Assembly: GCA_964596735.1 (NCBI GenBank)
Contig: CAZQVF010000002.1
Location: 82,321 to 146,320, forward strand
DNA: 64,000 nucleotides
Source of the DNA: an uncultured Gammaproteobacteria bacterium
GTDB lineage: Bacteria > Patescibacteriota > Patescibacteriia > UBA2591 > UBA6264
Reading direction: 5' to 3'
Shown here: positions 40,301-47,936 of the stretch, one piece after another
Layout: every line of letters begins with the position of its first letter
Position numbering within the stretch: position 1 is the stretch's first letter
Made by a program: the position numbers and the translations under genes
The notes under the pieces: model-generated
What the model was told of the DNA's origin: nothing
Database searches by the model: none
What the model saw: only the letters and a program-made list of their open reading frames with translations

Positions 40301-43300
40301 AATACCTTGTCCATCAAGCCCCCCAATTAATTCTACCTTGTAACCTGTGTATGGATCTAAATCACAATCTATTGGTAATAAATTAACCTGATCATTGTCT
40401 TCATTAATAATTAAATTATAACTTACGTCTTGTTCAGATGATTCCTGCCTTAAATCAACCTGATAAATTCTAATATTAGAATCATGGGGCGACTCAGACC
40501 AATCATTGTCCCACTCTAATCTAATCGTGTGCGTCCCTGCAGTAATATTACCCAATGAAACATTTGAAATCTGGTGACCTAATGTTGCGTCAGCGCAAAA
40601 ATCACCCTTTTCAACATTGTCAACAAACACTTTAACGTGATGTTGAACACCTGGTTCAGAACAAACTCCGTCTTCGCCAAAATCTTTAACATCTGCTGAA
40701 TAATTAGACGTTTCTACATAGATCTGATAATCACCATCTGCGCTAACATTAAAACTATAATCCCACCAATTAACATCACAACGGCCAGTATAAATACCTG
40801 ACTGATCAAGACAACTAGTGTATTGGGTGGTTGTATAATCTATTCCAAGCTTGGATTCAATTAAAGGAGGTAATTTTTTTAATTTAATATTATTTGTATT
40901 TAAAGAGTTTCTGTCCATGTCTTGACTGAAATTAGCCTCAATAGCTGTATTTAAACAAACCGCCTCTCCAGTTGGGCTATTACTGGTTATTGTTGGTTGA
41001 GCATAACAGCATTGATTTGGATCTAAAAATCCGCAGCCTAATCCGTTTCCACATTGGTCATCACTTTCACACCCACAGCAAAGACCACGATCATCACCAG
41101 TACAACTTCCTTGATTAGCCATACATTCCAAAGGAGCCTCGCAAGAATTTGTAATAACATCGCAGCAACATCGGCAAGTGTCTGTTGCTTCATATAGGCA
41201 ATTATAAATGGGGGTCGAACAATTATAAGGAGGGTTGTCAGGACAAAAAGTTGCCTCTTGGCAGGCTTGGCCTGGTCCGCCCGGATGTTGTAAAATATCA
41301 AAAGGCAATTCATTACTCATGCCCTGATCATTTTCAACATATACTAAACCGTCTTCTGATCCCAAAGGAACTAAAGCACTACTAATTTGTTGGTCTGACC
41401 AGGTTTGATAAACAGCTAATTTATTATTATAAAATACCACCTTACTTCCTGCTGACTCTACGCCAAATCTTATTCCTGATAAATCAACTTCTGTTTCATT
41501 TGAATAACCGGCTGACGGATTAATAGAGAAAAGACAGGGCCCATTTGCCTGTTCATTACTGTCTACATAAAACTCAACTAAATTACTAGTTAATTGATCT
41601 CCACCATCATATTCAATAGTCGCCTGGACTTCTGGCCGATCCCCTTGTGAATAAATATCTGGCACTTGTGTAGTTAAATAATTATTGTCAGATCCTTCAA
41701 TTGCTGTTTGAGTAGGTGTTCCATTAAGAATAAAATCTATTTTTATTGGAAGAGCTGGCTGAGTAGCTGTTCCCTCAAAACAGCTGCCATGAAGTGTTAT
41801 ACACTCACCTTTTGAACCTTGAGCCGGTTCTAGATGTGAAATCCAAGGTGAACAAAAGCAGTTTCCCATGGTGGCTGTTGTAAATTCCCAAAAGTCAGAA
41901 AGTAAAGTGCCTTGTTGATCAATGACTAAATCAGTTAAAACTGTTACCTGATAATCTGATTCAGTTTGTAAATTATCATCTGGATCAAAAGTAAAAACTC
42001 TAAAATGATTATTAACTGGGTCACCTGGATCATCTACTCTAAAAACACCACCAATAACTATTTCTTCATAAGGAGGGTCAAATTCACTTGGTCGCATCTC
42101 AAAATCAAAATTATCACCCCCGCCACTAATTTCAAACCTAACTAAGTTGCCATACATCTGGGTGCCAAAAGTCACACTAATATCAGTGTCCGGACAAACC
42201 AAAGTACCGGTTGGGTGCCAAAAACTAATTCCTGGTGCTTGATCATTGGTCTGGAACTCCCACTCAAGTGGTTCGTCCATCTGGTTCATGCAAAGATCTT
42301 CAATGTTGCCAACATGAATCCGATACCAGGTAAATGCTTGTAATAAATTTTCATCTCTTAAAGAAATTCTAAATCCATTACTAATCGCCCCAATTTCAAA
42401 AATCTCTTTAGCCAAAGTTTCAACTATCGTCCCCCCTTGACCATCTAACCTGGCCAGCCAAATATTTGTTTCAATTGGATAATTATTTTCATCAGCTACT
42501 GTGGTCATATCAATTGGCTCAGAAAAACTAGCCTCAATACTTGGTTTTCGGGAAACATTTTGATCTGGATAATCAGGATCACTTTGGTCAAAAATTGGAT
42601 AAGTAGCAACAATCTCTGGTGGGACGGTGTCAAGGGTTTCTCCAGTCATAAAATTCCAAAGAAAATAACTGCCAGCGTCAAGACAATCGCCAGCAGCTAA
42701 ACAGACTTGAAGAAATTCTCCCTGAGTGTCTGAAATTGCTTTGGGAAAATAAGCCTCATAAGAAGTATTAGGATCAAAAAGGTCAGGATGTTTGAAAATA
42801 ATAATATTATTTCTGGTTTGCCAACTACCACTAACCGGGCTTGCCCCGGTTTCAATTCTTAAATCCCCGGCTGTTTCTAAGTCCTCAATTATTAGCCCAT
42901 CAACTGAATGATTAAATATTGGCTGAACAGCAGAACAAAGATAAACATCCTGATGATAATTCTGCTCTAAGCCGCCATGAGTTGTTTCAATTTTTCTAAT
43001 TCTAAAAGCATCTGGAGGCAATGAACAGTCTGGATCAGAAATATTACAACTACCACCAGAATCGCAACGCAAACCCGGGCCACAGCAAAGACCTGGAGTA
43101 CAACCTCCACTGCCTCCTAGGCCTTCTCCAGTCACTCCGCTTAACCGGCCCATAATAAAAGATACTATTGCATAAGCAAAAACAATAATCAAAAGCCCGA
43201 TTAAACCACTAGAAATAATTTTCTTGGCTTTGGTTACCTTGTCAGCAACCCCCCCTGAGGTCATCCAAATAAAACCACCGGCAATCATAATGATGACGGC

Positions 43301-43498
43301 GATTAAACCTAAAAGGCTTAGTCCAATTTTAACAATGTTACCAATTACTTGGGGCAAAGGGGCTTCTCCATAACCGGCTGCTTCGCCAAAATTTATTAAC
43401 TCTTCATTTCCCAGTGTTTGAGCCTGAACCGGTAAAATAAAATAGAATAAACAAAAAACCGTAAACACCAAAAATGTAATTTTAAAAATATTTTTCAT
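34367..43498 (-). CDS. Giant (3043 aa) cell-surface protein: signal peptide + VirB2/TrbC-like pilin double-TM N-terminus, Ig/IPT-like domains, tandem internal repeats, extensive Cys-rich modules, C-terminal Hint/BIL domain
   Basis: Signal peptide MKNIFKITFLVFTVFCLFYFILPVQA. Two TM helices separated by a short loop (IGLSLLGLIAVIIMIAGGFIWM / LIGLLIIVFAYAIVSFIM). An IPT-like CSPWISHLEPAQGSKGECITLHGSCF. Repeated ...YMRYNNGAWGVTGHGSYIATLTC modules. Dense C-x-C arrays. CFIAG...FLVHN at the C-terminus. The antisense ORFs listed in the track over this region are spurious. Confidence 0.85.
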   Translation of the reverse strand: MKNIFKITFLVFTVFCLFYFILPVQAQTLGNEELINFGEAAGYGEAPLPQVIGNIVKIGLSLLGLIAVIIMIAGGFIWMTSGGVADKVTKAKKIISSGLIGLLIIVFAYAIVSFIMGRLSGVTGEGLGGSGGCTPGLCCGPGLRCDSGGSCNISDPDCSLPPDAFRIRKIETTHGGLEQNYHQDVYLCSAVQPIFNHSVDGLIIEDLETAGDLRIETGASPVSGSWQTRNNIIIFKHPDLFDPNTSYEAYFPKAISDTQGEFLQVCLAAGDCLDAGSYFLWNFMTGETLDTVPPEIVATYPIFDQSDPDYPDQNVSRKPSIEASFSEPIDMTTVADENNYPIETNIWLARLDGQGGTIVETLAKEIFEIGAISNGFRISLRDENLLQAFTWYRIHVGNIEDLCMNQMDEPLEWEFQTNDQAPGISFWHPTGTLVCPDTDISVTFGTQMYGNLVRFEISGGGDNFDFEMRPSEFDPPYEEIVIGGVFRVDDPGDPVNNHFRVFTFDPDDNLQTESDYQVTVLTDLVIDQQGTLLSDFWEFTTATMGNCFCSPWISHLEPAQGSKGECITLHGSCFEGTATQPALPIKIDFILNGTPTQTAIEGSDNNYLTTQVPDIYSQGDRPEVQATIEYDGGDQLTSNLVEFYVDSNEQANGPCLFSINPSAGYSNETEVDLSGIRFGVESAGSKVVFYNNKLAVYQTWSDQQISSALVPLGSEDGLVYVENDQGMSNELPFDILQHPGGPGQACQEATFCPDNPPYNCSTPIYNCLYEATDTCRCCCDVITNSCEAPLECMANQGSCTGDDRGLCCGCESDDQCGNGLGCGFLDPNQCCYAQPTITSNSPTGEAVCLNTAIEANFSQDMDRNSLNTNNIKLKKLPPLIESKLGIDYTTTQYTSCLDQSGIYTGRCDVNWWDYSFNVSADGDYQIYVETSNYSADVKDFGEDGVCSEPGVQHHVKVFVDNVEKGDFCADATLGHQISNVSLGNITAGTHTIRLEWDNDWSESPHDSNIRIYQVDLRQESSEQDVSYNLIINEDNDQVNLLPIDCDLDPYTGYKVELIGGLDGQGIRDSLGVSMDDYTWQFATGPEDNICEISEIIVSPDSAIVESFEDSVIYTAQGYNFNNNPICVAEFFWQSDDINIAVVSPSQALETTVSPVEGEGEQTTDISATISGYSGSGEFTSVLSPPVLPPEDPETFDLPQVFEDSTCLNNIQTPSPRHLSSQACRNALISARFNMEVDNLSNTNIIVEKCNLGNEMFDSASCTTDVSGTIVETDKSFVNPQHNAVHLYPDITTANRFCFEHGYTSFKATYSTVGPIDDYMRYVDGEWVEESSAERIDTLLCSKGFIYTPGVLLDQNYWYQVTLKSGETGIVDSVDNYQLDGNKDGIEDDSPNDDYTWYFKTKDQAEVCSAQAIEIFEQDPVGIIIESGTKDYSALPIGPDCQILRPDTFTWTWESTEPGVATVAPQTPTYTAMATAVDLGETEIEVTATPSAGEPVTNSVDLVVAIYPNVETFQPSGSNVCRNSVIKAIFDQPMDRSSISKDTIKFFKWTTLWDDITSTVDVSAVDDIFREPTNDIPNPQHGSYYLYPSSATAQQYCLDQDYRGFDSYTTTLTLGSYMRYNNGAWGVTGHGSYIATLTCYNENKTIVNINAGLLDSNQEYQITILGGENGVESIYGVGMAADYNSTFTTSDQICTLSEVDIEPKTIDFTSTDESENLIAYTYDNQGNEILGIPDVYDWTWSWESSDPAVVSITGSSSEDETAMAQDRNGRVQITATATIVGSDPAISVLGITEANVLICEVPWTFEDAAGPGFAPNTQFKLSYCRGDLAQAEADRLPELAEASIEGSDPLIKEFLFSVGDSGDVIGLKVFNNPKRLSVLNWYEQNVPNPGKPSNFVIDNYYALREGRTTYVGATNLGSDTDNFSNPQHGSYYLYPDNATAQQYCVDDQNYSGFESYTTTGSGGGYMRYNNGAWGVTGHGSYIATLTCADQGVYTYVYLISYNDGASPKTIEIFNQILYNWEFNINLDNYFEDKPKLQNDLLRLYNFQEIKDELEEHYQEQGEYPTLGAGTYVLSKSNSLWPSWTNTLSQALGESLPVDPINEFNGPCAGCIDEPDSQCDNTCYNPSTQIFEIPDGSHVYQYYAPDQSGCLGEYYTLSVNLEYGNGGIIWKGEEDVITTQSDSSGDFNYIYESPGAPVCGDGTLQCGEQCDCGSGYGTCCSPFQSGYCPGTTFPSEGFIPAATCEGLGYESEPTGFLECNNCSWSGVSCALKANGEACSGDANCHSGSCVDGVCCDMSCTGSCEYCGEGFGGSAGTCHNVSAGNDPRNICNDTSGCLTGNCDGSGFCTDYYTSGDRNCSACQTCDGAGSGTCVNKTNNTQDTVGSTLCQDTCKRCYNGSCVNQTAGQDPFNQCEIGWISCDSDCVRGGGSGLCGSSGSCDPSGGTENIPSGSVCTGAGEITSVSASNYCGSPENNCSNNSCSGTRWYRSCNGSGACRGVGDYTGGHLQPIMAQANCVLYPDCTLAYRSTSNYCGAIVDDCTNGACVGYRYYRGCDGSGACKADATGSYQQTVYPNTGKTLTGSCSPNGTTLCDFSSWNYCNTDCFKTRDELRCSAGHACSYDVGNNGSIVAENKVCVNGSEISVSSTYYCDIDNSCTSGACSGTIYYRSCAYNGVCKTDNSGAFGVTINADAGNILTASCGQSTAQCTTCYQCDGTGDCDPVTDTGPPPYLGCDTGTCCAGVCCPTGEVCNNGACVPPCDCTTGACCDGCYYRSSEYVCRPADSECDISETCTGSSSSCPADQSVSDGTECMEACGECQSGICDLPPKNACTPGEGDYVGAGQCRYCEDDCQWGPSEDGCPTDSTYCSDCVATCGSSCDDDQFCCGDEAGCFIAGTLITTENGFKNIEDIKVGDIINGYDLEKNRIQKVKVMQTFEHEKQDYYIMTLLDYSVLKVTNIHPIYTRKGYLKVKDLNIWDEVGKINNNGRLEFVKIIKIKKAIDQQTVYNLEVDKLHNYFANDFLVHNKDYYCGPGSGLKRNCGDLDQ
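34430..34834 (-). other. Hint (intein-like, BIL-type) domain, 135 aa, 20 aa from the C-terminus of the giant protein
   Basis: Starts CFIAGTLITTENG (block A-like) and ends NDFLVHN (block G His-Asn). The +1 residue is Lys, which is not a nucleophile. There is no endonuclease insert. Confidence 0.7.
37530..37760. repeat. Internal repeat A within the giant gene
   Basis: A 70-nt stretch identical to 38586-38655 (acaagtaagtgttgcaatatagcttccatgtcctgttacaccccatgccccattattatatctcatata), with flanks ~80-85% identical. Confidence 0.8.
38575..38800. repeat. Internal repeat B within the giant gene (paralogous to 37530-37760)
   Basis: See repeat A; a third, more diverged copy lies near 39540-39700. Confidence 0.8.
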
Positions 43499-43523
43499 AA
43501 AATGATTGTCTACAGTTTAGAAT

Positions 43524-43982
43524 TTAAAGTTGGGACAATTGTTCTTGAACAATTTTTTTAACTTTATCTCCTTGTACTTGACCTTTGGCTTCGGCCATAA
43601 CCTTACCCATAACCTTGCCAAAATCCTGCGGTCCAGCTGGATTTACAGCCTGGATCGCTTTAATAACTAGCTCTTTTACTTTATCATCTGAAAGTTGTTC
43701 TGGCAAGTATTGATCTAAAATAGCTAATTCTTTTTCTTCTTTCTCTGCTAATTCTTTTCTTTCCCCTTTTTTATACATTTCCGCTGCTTCTCGCCTTTTC
43801 TTTGCTTCTTTTTGGACAACTTCAATAACAATCTCTTCAGTCATTTCTTTTTTCTGAGGCTTTAATTCAATCTCTTTATTATGCAAAGCAGTTTTTAAGC
43901 CTCTTAAGACGCTTAATTTTTCTGCTTGTTTTTGCTGTAAAGCCTGCTTAAAGTCTTTTTCAATACGTTCTAATAAAGCCAT
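43524..43982 (-). CDS. GatB/YqeY-domain protein
   Basis: Typical YqeY fold sequence (LKTALHNKEIE..., EAKGQ..GKV..I) adjacent to rpsU, a conserved gene pair. Confidence 0.75.
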   Translation of the reverse strand: MALLERIEKDFKQALQQKQAEKLSVLRGLKTALHNKEIELKPQKKEMTEEIVIEVVQKEAKKRREAAEMYKKGERKELAEKEEKELAILDQYLPEQLSDDKVKELVIKAIQAVNPAGPQDFGKVMGKVMAEAKGQVQGDKVKKIVQEQLSQL

Positions 43983-43999
43983 GGATTTTATCTTAAGGC

Positions 44000-44218
44000 T
44001 TATTTAATACGACCGACTTTTTTTAAAAAAGCCATTTTTTCTGCTCTTTTTTTTCTTTGGAGAGCACTTTCTTTTTTTAATTTTTGACTTTTCGGCTTAA
44101 TATAAAACTTACCTTTTTTATGTTGATTTATTACTCCGCTTCGCTTTACTTGTTCAGAAAATCTTCTTAAAAAAACATTTAAAGGTTCTCTTTGTTTTCT
44201 TTTAGCTTCTACGCTCAT
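44000..44218 (-). CDS. rpsU: 30S ribosomal protein S21
   Basis: Basic 72-aa protein with EPLNVFLRRFSEQVKRSGV...KRAEK, an S21-like pattern. Confidence 0.75.
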   Translation of the reverse strand: MSVEAKRKQREPLNVFLRRFSEQVKRSGVINQHKKGKFYIKPKSQKLKKESALQRKKRAEKMAFLKKVGRIK

Positions 44219-45063
44219 AAATTTAATAGTTTCTTAACCAAATTATCTAATTCTTTATCTTGATAAAGTTCGATTGTAACTTTAATCTTTTTATTTCTTT
44301 TAATAATTTTTACTTTTGTTCCTAAGGCCTCAGTTAAAGCTTTTTCTTTTTCTAAAAACTTTGGGTCCAGTTCAATATTTTTTCTTACTCGTTTCCCTGA
44401 CATTATCTTCTCTGTTTCCCTTACTGTTAGCCCTAATCCTAAAATTCTTTTTAATAAAGCCTTTCGTTTTTCTTCTGTGTCTACTGAAAGTAATGCTTTG
44501 GCATGCCCTTCGGTAATTCTTTCTTGAGCAATTGCTTTTTGAATTGACTCGGGCAAGGTTAAAAGCCGTAAAGTATTGGCAATACTGGCTCGAGCCTTCC
44601 CCATTTTTTGCCCTACTTGTTCCTGAGTTAAATTAAACTCTTCCATTAAACGATGATATCCCTTTGCCCTTTCCATGGGATTAAGATCTTTTCTCTGAAT
44701 ATTTTCTAAAAGAGAAATAGCTAGTTTTTCATTTGCTTCAATTGAGCGAACAAGGGAGGGAACAGTTGTCAGTTCTAAAACCTTAGCGGCCCGCCAACGC
44801 CTTTCTCCAGCAATTATTTGATATTGATCAGTGCCAATCTTGGTCAAAATTAATGGCTGAATAATTCCATGTTCTCGAATAGAATTAATCAACTCTTCTG
44901 TTTCTAAATGAGGAAAGTTTTCTCTTGGTTGTTCTGGATTAGATTGAATCTGATTAATTCTAATTTCTAAGACCTGCTCTCCTGTTTGTACTAAAACTTC
45001 CTCTGTGGCTTTTTTTATTGTTCTGGTTGGAATTAATGATCCCAAACCACGTCCTAATGGCAT
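44215..45063 (-). CDS. parB: Chromosome partitioning protein ParB
   Basis: ParB box GERRWRAA plus HTH region. It overlaps rpsU by 4 nt. Confidence 0.85.
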   Translation of the reverse strand: MPLGRGLGSLIPTRTIKKATEEVLVQTGEQVLEIRINQIQSNPEQPRENFPHLETEELINSIREHGIIQPLILTKIGTDQYQIIAGERRWRAAKVLELTTVPSLVRSIEANEKLAISLLENIQRKDLNPMERAKGYHRLMEEFNLTQEQVGQKMGKARASIANTLRLLTLPESIQKAIAQERITEGHAKALLSVDTEEKRKALLKRILGLGLTVRETEKIMSGKRVRKNIELDPKFLEKEKALTEALGTKVKIIKRNKKIKVTIELYQDKELDNLVKKLLNL

Positions 45064-45161
45064 CCCTCACCTTTCAGCGATGCATTTTAAATAAACACAT
45101 CGGTTAATTATTTAACTATCTGACTTTTATTTTCCCCTCATCTTACAGTAAATACACTTGT

Positions 45162-45965
45162 TTAAAAATGCGAAGCATTATCGCTGCAGGGTGAGGGATT
45201 ATTAAGTAAAAATTCTTTGGCTAACCTCTTATAAGCATGAGCTCCTTTTGATTTTGGAGCGTATTCTAAAATTGTCTGACCATAACTTGGAGCTTCGGCT
45301 AAACGAACATTGCGGGGAATAATAGTGCGAAAAATTTTATAAGGAAAATGTTTATACAATTCTTCCCAGACTTCAGCTGAGAGACGTCCTCGGCCATCAT
45401 ACATAGTTATCACCGCTCCTAAAATTCCTAAATTGGGTTGCAGGTTTTCTTTAATCAATTTAATTGTTTCTAAAAGCTGGCCCAATCCTTCTAAGGCATA
45501 GTATTCTGCCTGAACCGGGATTAAAACCTGGTCAGCCGCCACCAAACTGTTAACCGTAATTAAGCTTAATGAAGGTGGGGTGTCAATAAAGATATAATCA
45601 AAATTCTCCCCTGCTTTTTCGGCTAATATATCTTTAATTACCTTAGATAAAATAAACTCTCTTTCTGGAATATTCACTAATTCAATATCTGCTCCGGCTA
45701 AATTTTCATTAGCCGGAATAATCCAAAGATTTCGTCGCGTCGCCGTAATACTTGAATGCAAAGGAATTTTTTGGCTTAAAACTTCGTAAATTCCCTGGGA
45801 GCGGTCACCAATCCCTAAACCAGAACTGGCATTAGCCTGAGGATCTAAATCAATTAACAGGATTTTTTTACCTGAAGCAGAGAGATAAGCGGCTAAATTA
45901 ATTGCAACATTAGTCTTACCCGTTCCTCCTTTTCGATTACATATAACAATGACTTTTGGCTGCAT
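45162..45965 (-). CDS. parA: Chromosome partitioning ATPase ParA/Soj
   Basis: Deviant Walker A KGGTGKTN, DLDPQAN, IDTPPS. Confidence 0.9.
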   Translation of the reverse strand: MQPKVIVICNRKGGTGKTNVAINLAAYLSASGKKILLIDLDPQANASSGLGIGDRSQGIYEVLSQKIPLHSSITATRRNLWIIPANENLAGADIELVNIPEREFILSKVIKDILAEKAGENFDYIFIDTPPSLSLITVNSLVAADQVLIPVQAEYYALEGLGQLLETIKLIKENLQPNLGILGAVITMYDGRGRLSAEVWEELYKHFPYKIFRTIIPRNVRLAEAPSYGQTILEYAPKSKGAHAYKRLAKEFLLNNPSPCSDNASHF

Positions 45966-45971
45966 ACCCGC

Positions 45972-46247
45972 CTAAATTTTTTTATTTAAATAATGTTTAA
46001 GCGACCTTTTGATATAATTCCTGCCCCACCCTGTCTTAAAAAATTTTTCTCGTCTTTTAGCGTCTTCTAAATGAAGAAAAGCTTCATAATAGATTAAAAC
46101 AAATGGCACTCTTGGTTTAGTAGATCTTGACTCTTTATTATTATGATCTTTTAATCTACGCTTTAAATCTTTTGTTAGACCAATATAGAATTTGCCATCT
46201 TTTAAACTGCGAAGAATATATACATAGTAAAAAATTTGGGCGGGCAT
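45972..46247 (-). CDS. GIY-YIG nuclease-domain protein (small, Slx1/UPF0213-like)
   Basis: YVYILRSLKDGKFYIGLTKDLKRRLKDHN matches the GIY...YIG signature with the conserved R and E downstream. Confidence 0.7.
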   Translation of the reverse strand: MPAQIFYYVYILRSLKDGKFYIGLTKDLKRRLKDHNNKESRSTKPRVPFVLIYYEAFLHLEDAKRREKFFKTGWGRNYIKRSLKHYLNKKI

Positions 46248-46304
46248 ATCTTTTTTATTAATGCAAAAACTTCAGGCAAATTCTCTTTTCCCTAGTATAA
46301 TATT

Positions 46305-46415
46305 ATAAGAACCTGCTCGCTTTACTCGCAGAACCTTGAAATTAAAGTTTAATTGTATATAAATTAAGGTAATTTAATTATAAGCAAAGCTTGAAATTAA
46401 TAAATTAATTATAAC
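46305..46415 (+). repeat. Conserved intergenic element, copy 5a (with expanded loop) directly followed by variant copy 5b
   Basis: ataagaacctgctcgctttactcgcagaaccttgaaattaaag...ggtaatttaattata then agcaaagcttgaaattaataaattaattataac. There is no plus-strand CDS downstream. Confidence 0.65.
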
Positions 46416-46441
46416 ACAAATATCTGTTTTGAATAGTAGAT

Positions 46442-46888
46442 TTATCCCCTCTTTTTTTCTTTTAAATACAGCCAAATTAAAATAAAAATTGCTCCAGCAA
46501 AATTAGCCAAAACATCAGTTAAGGTGTCGATTGGGCCCATTTGTCGAGGGGTTAAAATCAAATATGGACTAATGACATGGTCGATTAAATACTCGTAAAT
46601 CTCCCAGCAAAGACTAATAAAAAATAAAACAATTAAAGAAATTAATTGTTTATTTACTCTTATTGTTTTTGATTGTAAAAACCAATAAACGACCAAAACG
46701 ACACTGGCTCCGGCTAAAAAATGAACCAATTTGTCATAACCGTTAATACTATAATAGTATTTCCAACATCCTAAAAAATGAACAATTACAAAAAAAGGGA
46801 TAGCAATAATTAAAAATACTTTTAATTTTTTCTGCATACCCCGTAGAAGAACTTTGACAAATAATTGTGATGTTAAAATTTTAAGCAT
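46442..46888 (-). CDS. Hypothetical polytopic membrane protein
   Basis: Four predicted TM helices; no motif recognised. Confidence 0.5.
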   Translation of the reverse strand: MLKILTSQLFVKVLLRGMQKKLKVFLIIAIPFFVIVHFLGCWKYYYSINGYDKLVHFLAGASVVLVVYWFLQSKTIRVNKQLISLIVLFFISLCWEIYEYLIDHVISPYLILTPRQMGPIDTLTDVLANFAGAIFILIWLYLKEKKRG

Positions 46889-47004
46889 TAGTTGTTTCTT
46901 GATAAAAGTTATCTATTCTCTGTGTTTTATCCCGTAATTTATTTATATTTTTCCTTCGGAAAAATATAGTCAAAGTTTCTCTACGGGACATACAAGAATT
47001 AATT

Positions 47005-47055
47005 TGCAAAAGCTTAAAATTAAACATAGGTAATTCAAGATAATTTAATTTTAAT
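47005..47055 (+). repeat. Degenerate copy 6 of the intergenic element
   Basis: gcaaaagcttaaaattaaacataggtaattcaagataatttaattttaat. Confidence 0.45.
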
Positions 47056-47063
47056 AAGGTTGA

Positions 47064-47096
47064 AGGGACTACTTTGGAGAGCAGTCCCTTTTTAAA
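47064..47096. terminator. Bidirectional hairpin terminator
   Basis: GGGACTactttggagagcAGTCCC followed by TTTTT on the plus strand; on the minus strand it sits immediately 3' of the ICMT-like gene stop. Confidence 0.65.
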
Positions 47097-47655
47097 AAAT
47101 CCAAGGAATAAACCAGCTGGTTCTCTTCTTATAGTCTTGATAGTCCTGACCCAACCATTTTTTTAACAACTGCTCTTCTTTATAAGCGCAGCCCCAAACA
47201 AAAGGTGTTCCAATAATCAGAACCACAAAAAACAACCAACTCCCTATGGTCAGTTCAAAACCCAAGCCCATTAACAGGCTACCAAGGTAAATTGGATGCC
47301 TAACATAGGCGTAGATTCCTGAATCAACCAATCTTTGTGGTCGAGCAAAGGCTCTAGCTGTACTCCAGTTTTCTTTCAAAGTGTATCTCGCTAAAATGCA
47401 CAAGAATATACCGAGAAAGAAGAGAAAAATGCCAAAGTTTTGCCATTTAGCAAATGCTTGCCATTTACCAGAGTAAACATAGAGCTGGAACCAGATTATA
47501 AAAACAGTAAACAGTTCTGCTCCAATGAGCAACCACTCATAGATTTTCAATTTTAAGGTTCCGTTATTATTTCCCTGGTTTGGAGTTCTTGTTCTTATCC
47601 GACTTAGATACCAAAATACAATCCCGGCCAGCAAAACAAGTTCTATTCCATTCAT
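47092..47655 (-). CDS. Isoprenylcysteine carboxyl methyltransferase (ICMT)/phospholipid methyltransferase-family membrane protein
   Basis: RHPIYLGSLLMGLGFEL and the C-terminal EE..L pattern characteristic of the ICMT/PEMT family. Confidence 0.65.
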   Translation of the reverse strand: MNGIELVLLAGIVFWYLSRIRTRTPNQGNNNGTLKLKIYEWLLIGAELFTVFIIWFQLYVYSGKWQAFAKWQNFGIFLFFLGIFLCILARYTLKENWSTARAFARPQRLVDSGIYAYVRHPIYLGSLLMGLGFELTIGSWLFFVVLIIGTPFVWGCAYKEEQLLKKWLGQDYQDYKKRTSWFIPWIF

Positions 47656-47792
47656 CTTTCCCTCCTCTCTTTTGATTTGATTTCTAGATTAATTAGAACA
47701 TATTTTTAATCATTTGTCAAGATTAAAGAGTTGACGGCCTCGTTGAGGCCGTCATCTATTCTCCTTGTTTAAGAAGTTTTGTTGTATACATT

Positions 47793-47936
47793 TTACTTAC
47801 CATTATAAGCGAGTTTGTCGCATTTTGGGCAGGTAGCAATGTGTCCCCCGCCGTAGGGTATCAGTTCTACGACTACCTTTTCTTTACAGCTAATACAGAT
47901 AACTTTTTTTTCTTCTCGTTTTTCTGCTTTTTTCAT
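47793..47936 (-). CDS. 47-aa zinc-ribbon protein (not in the ORF track)
   Basis: MKKAEKREEKKVICISCKEKVVVELIPYGGGHIATCPKCDKLAYNGK (CxxC...CxxC). A strong SD AAAGGGGGAG lies 6-8 nt upstream. Confidence 0.55.
   Translation of the reverse strand: MKKAEKREEKKVICISCKEKVVVELIPYGGGHIATCPKCDKLAYNGK

Noticed and set aside
34949-41385. About 20 short ORFs (60-106 aa) on the plus strand inside the giant gene, and plus-strand ORFs 33443-33807 antisense to the Pro/Ala-rich region
   Set aside because: They are antisense to a continuous, well-supported 9.1-kb CDS (or to a GC-rich PA-repeat region that suppresses stop codons). They have low-complexity or unnatural compositions, no SD and no motifs, so they are spurious.
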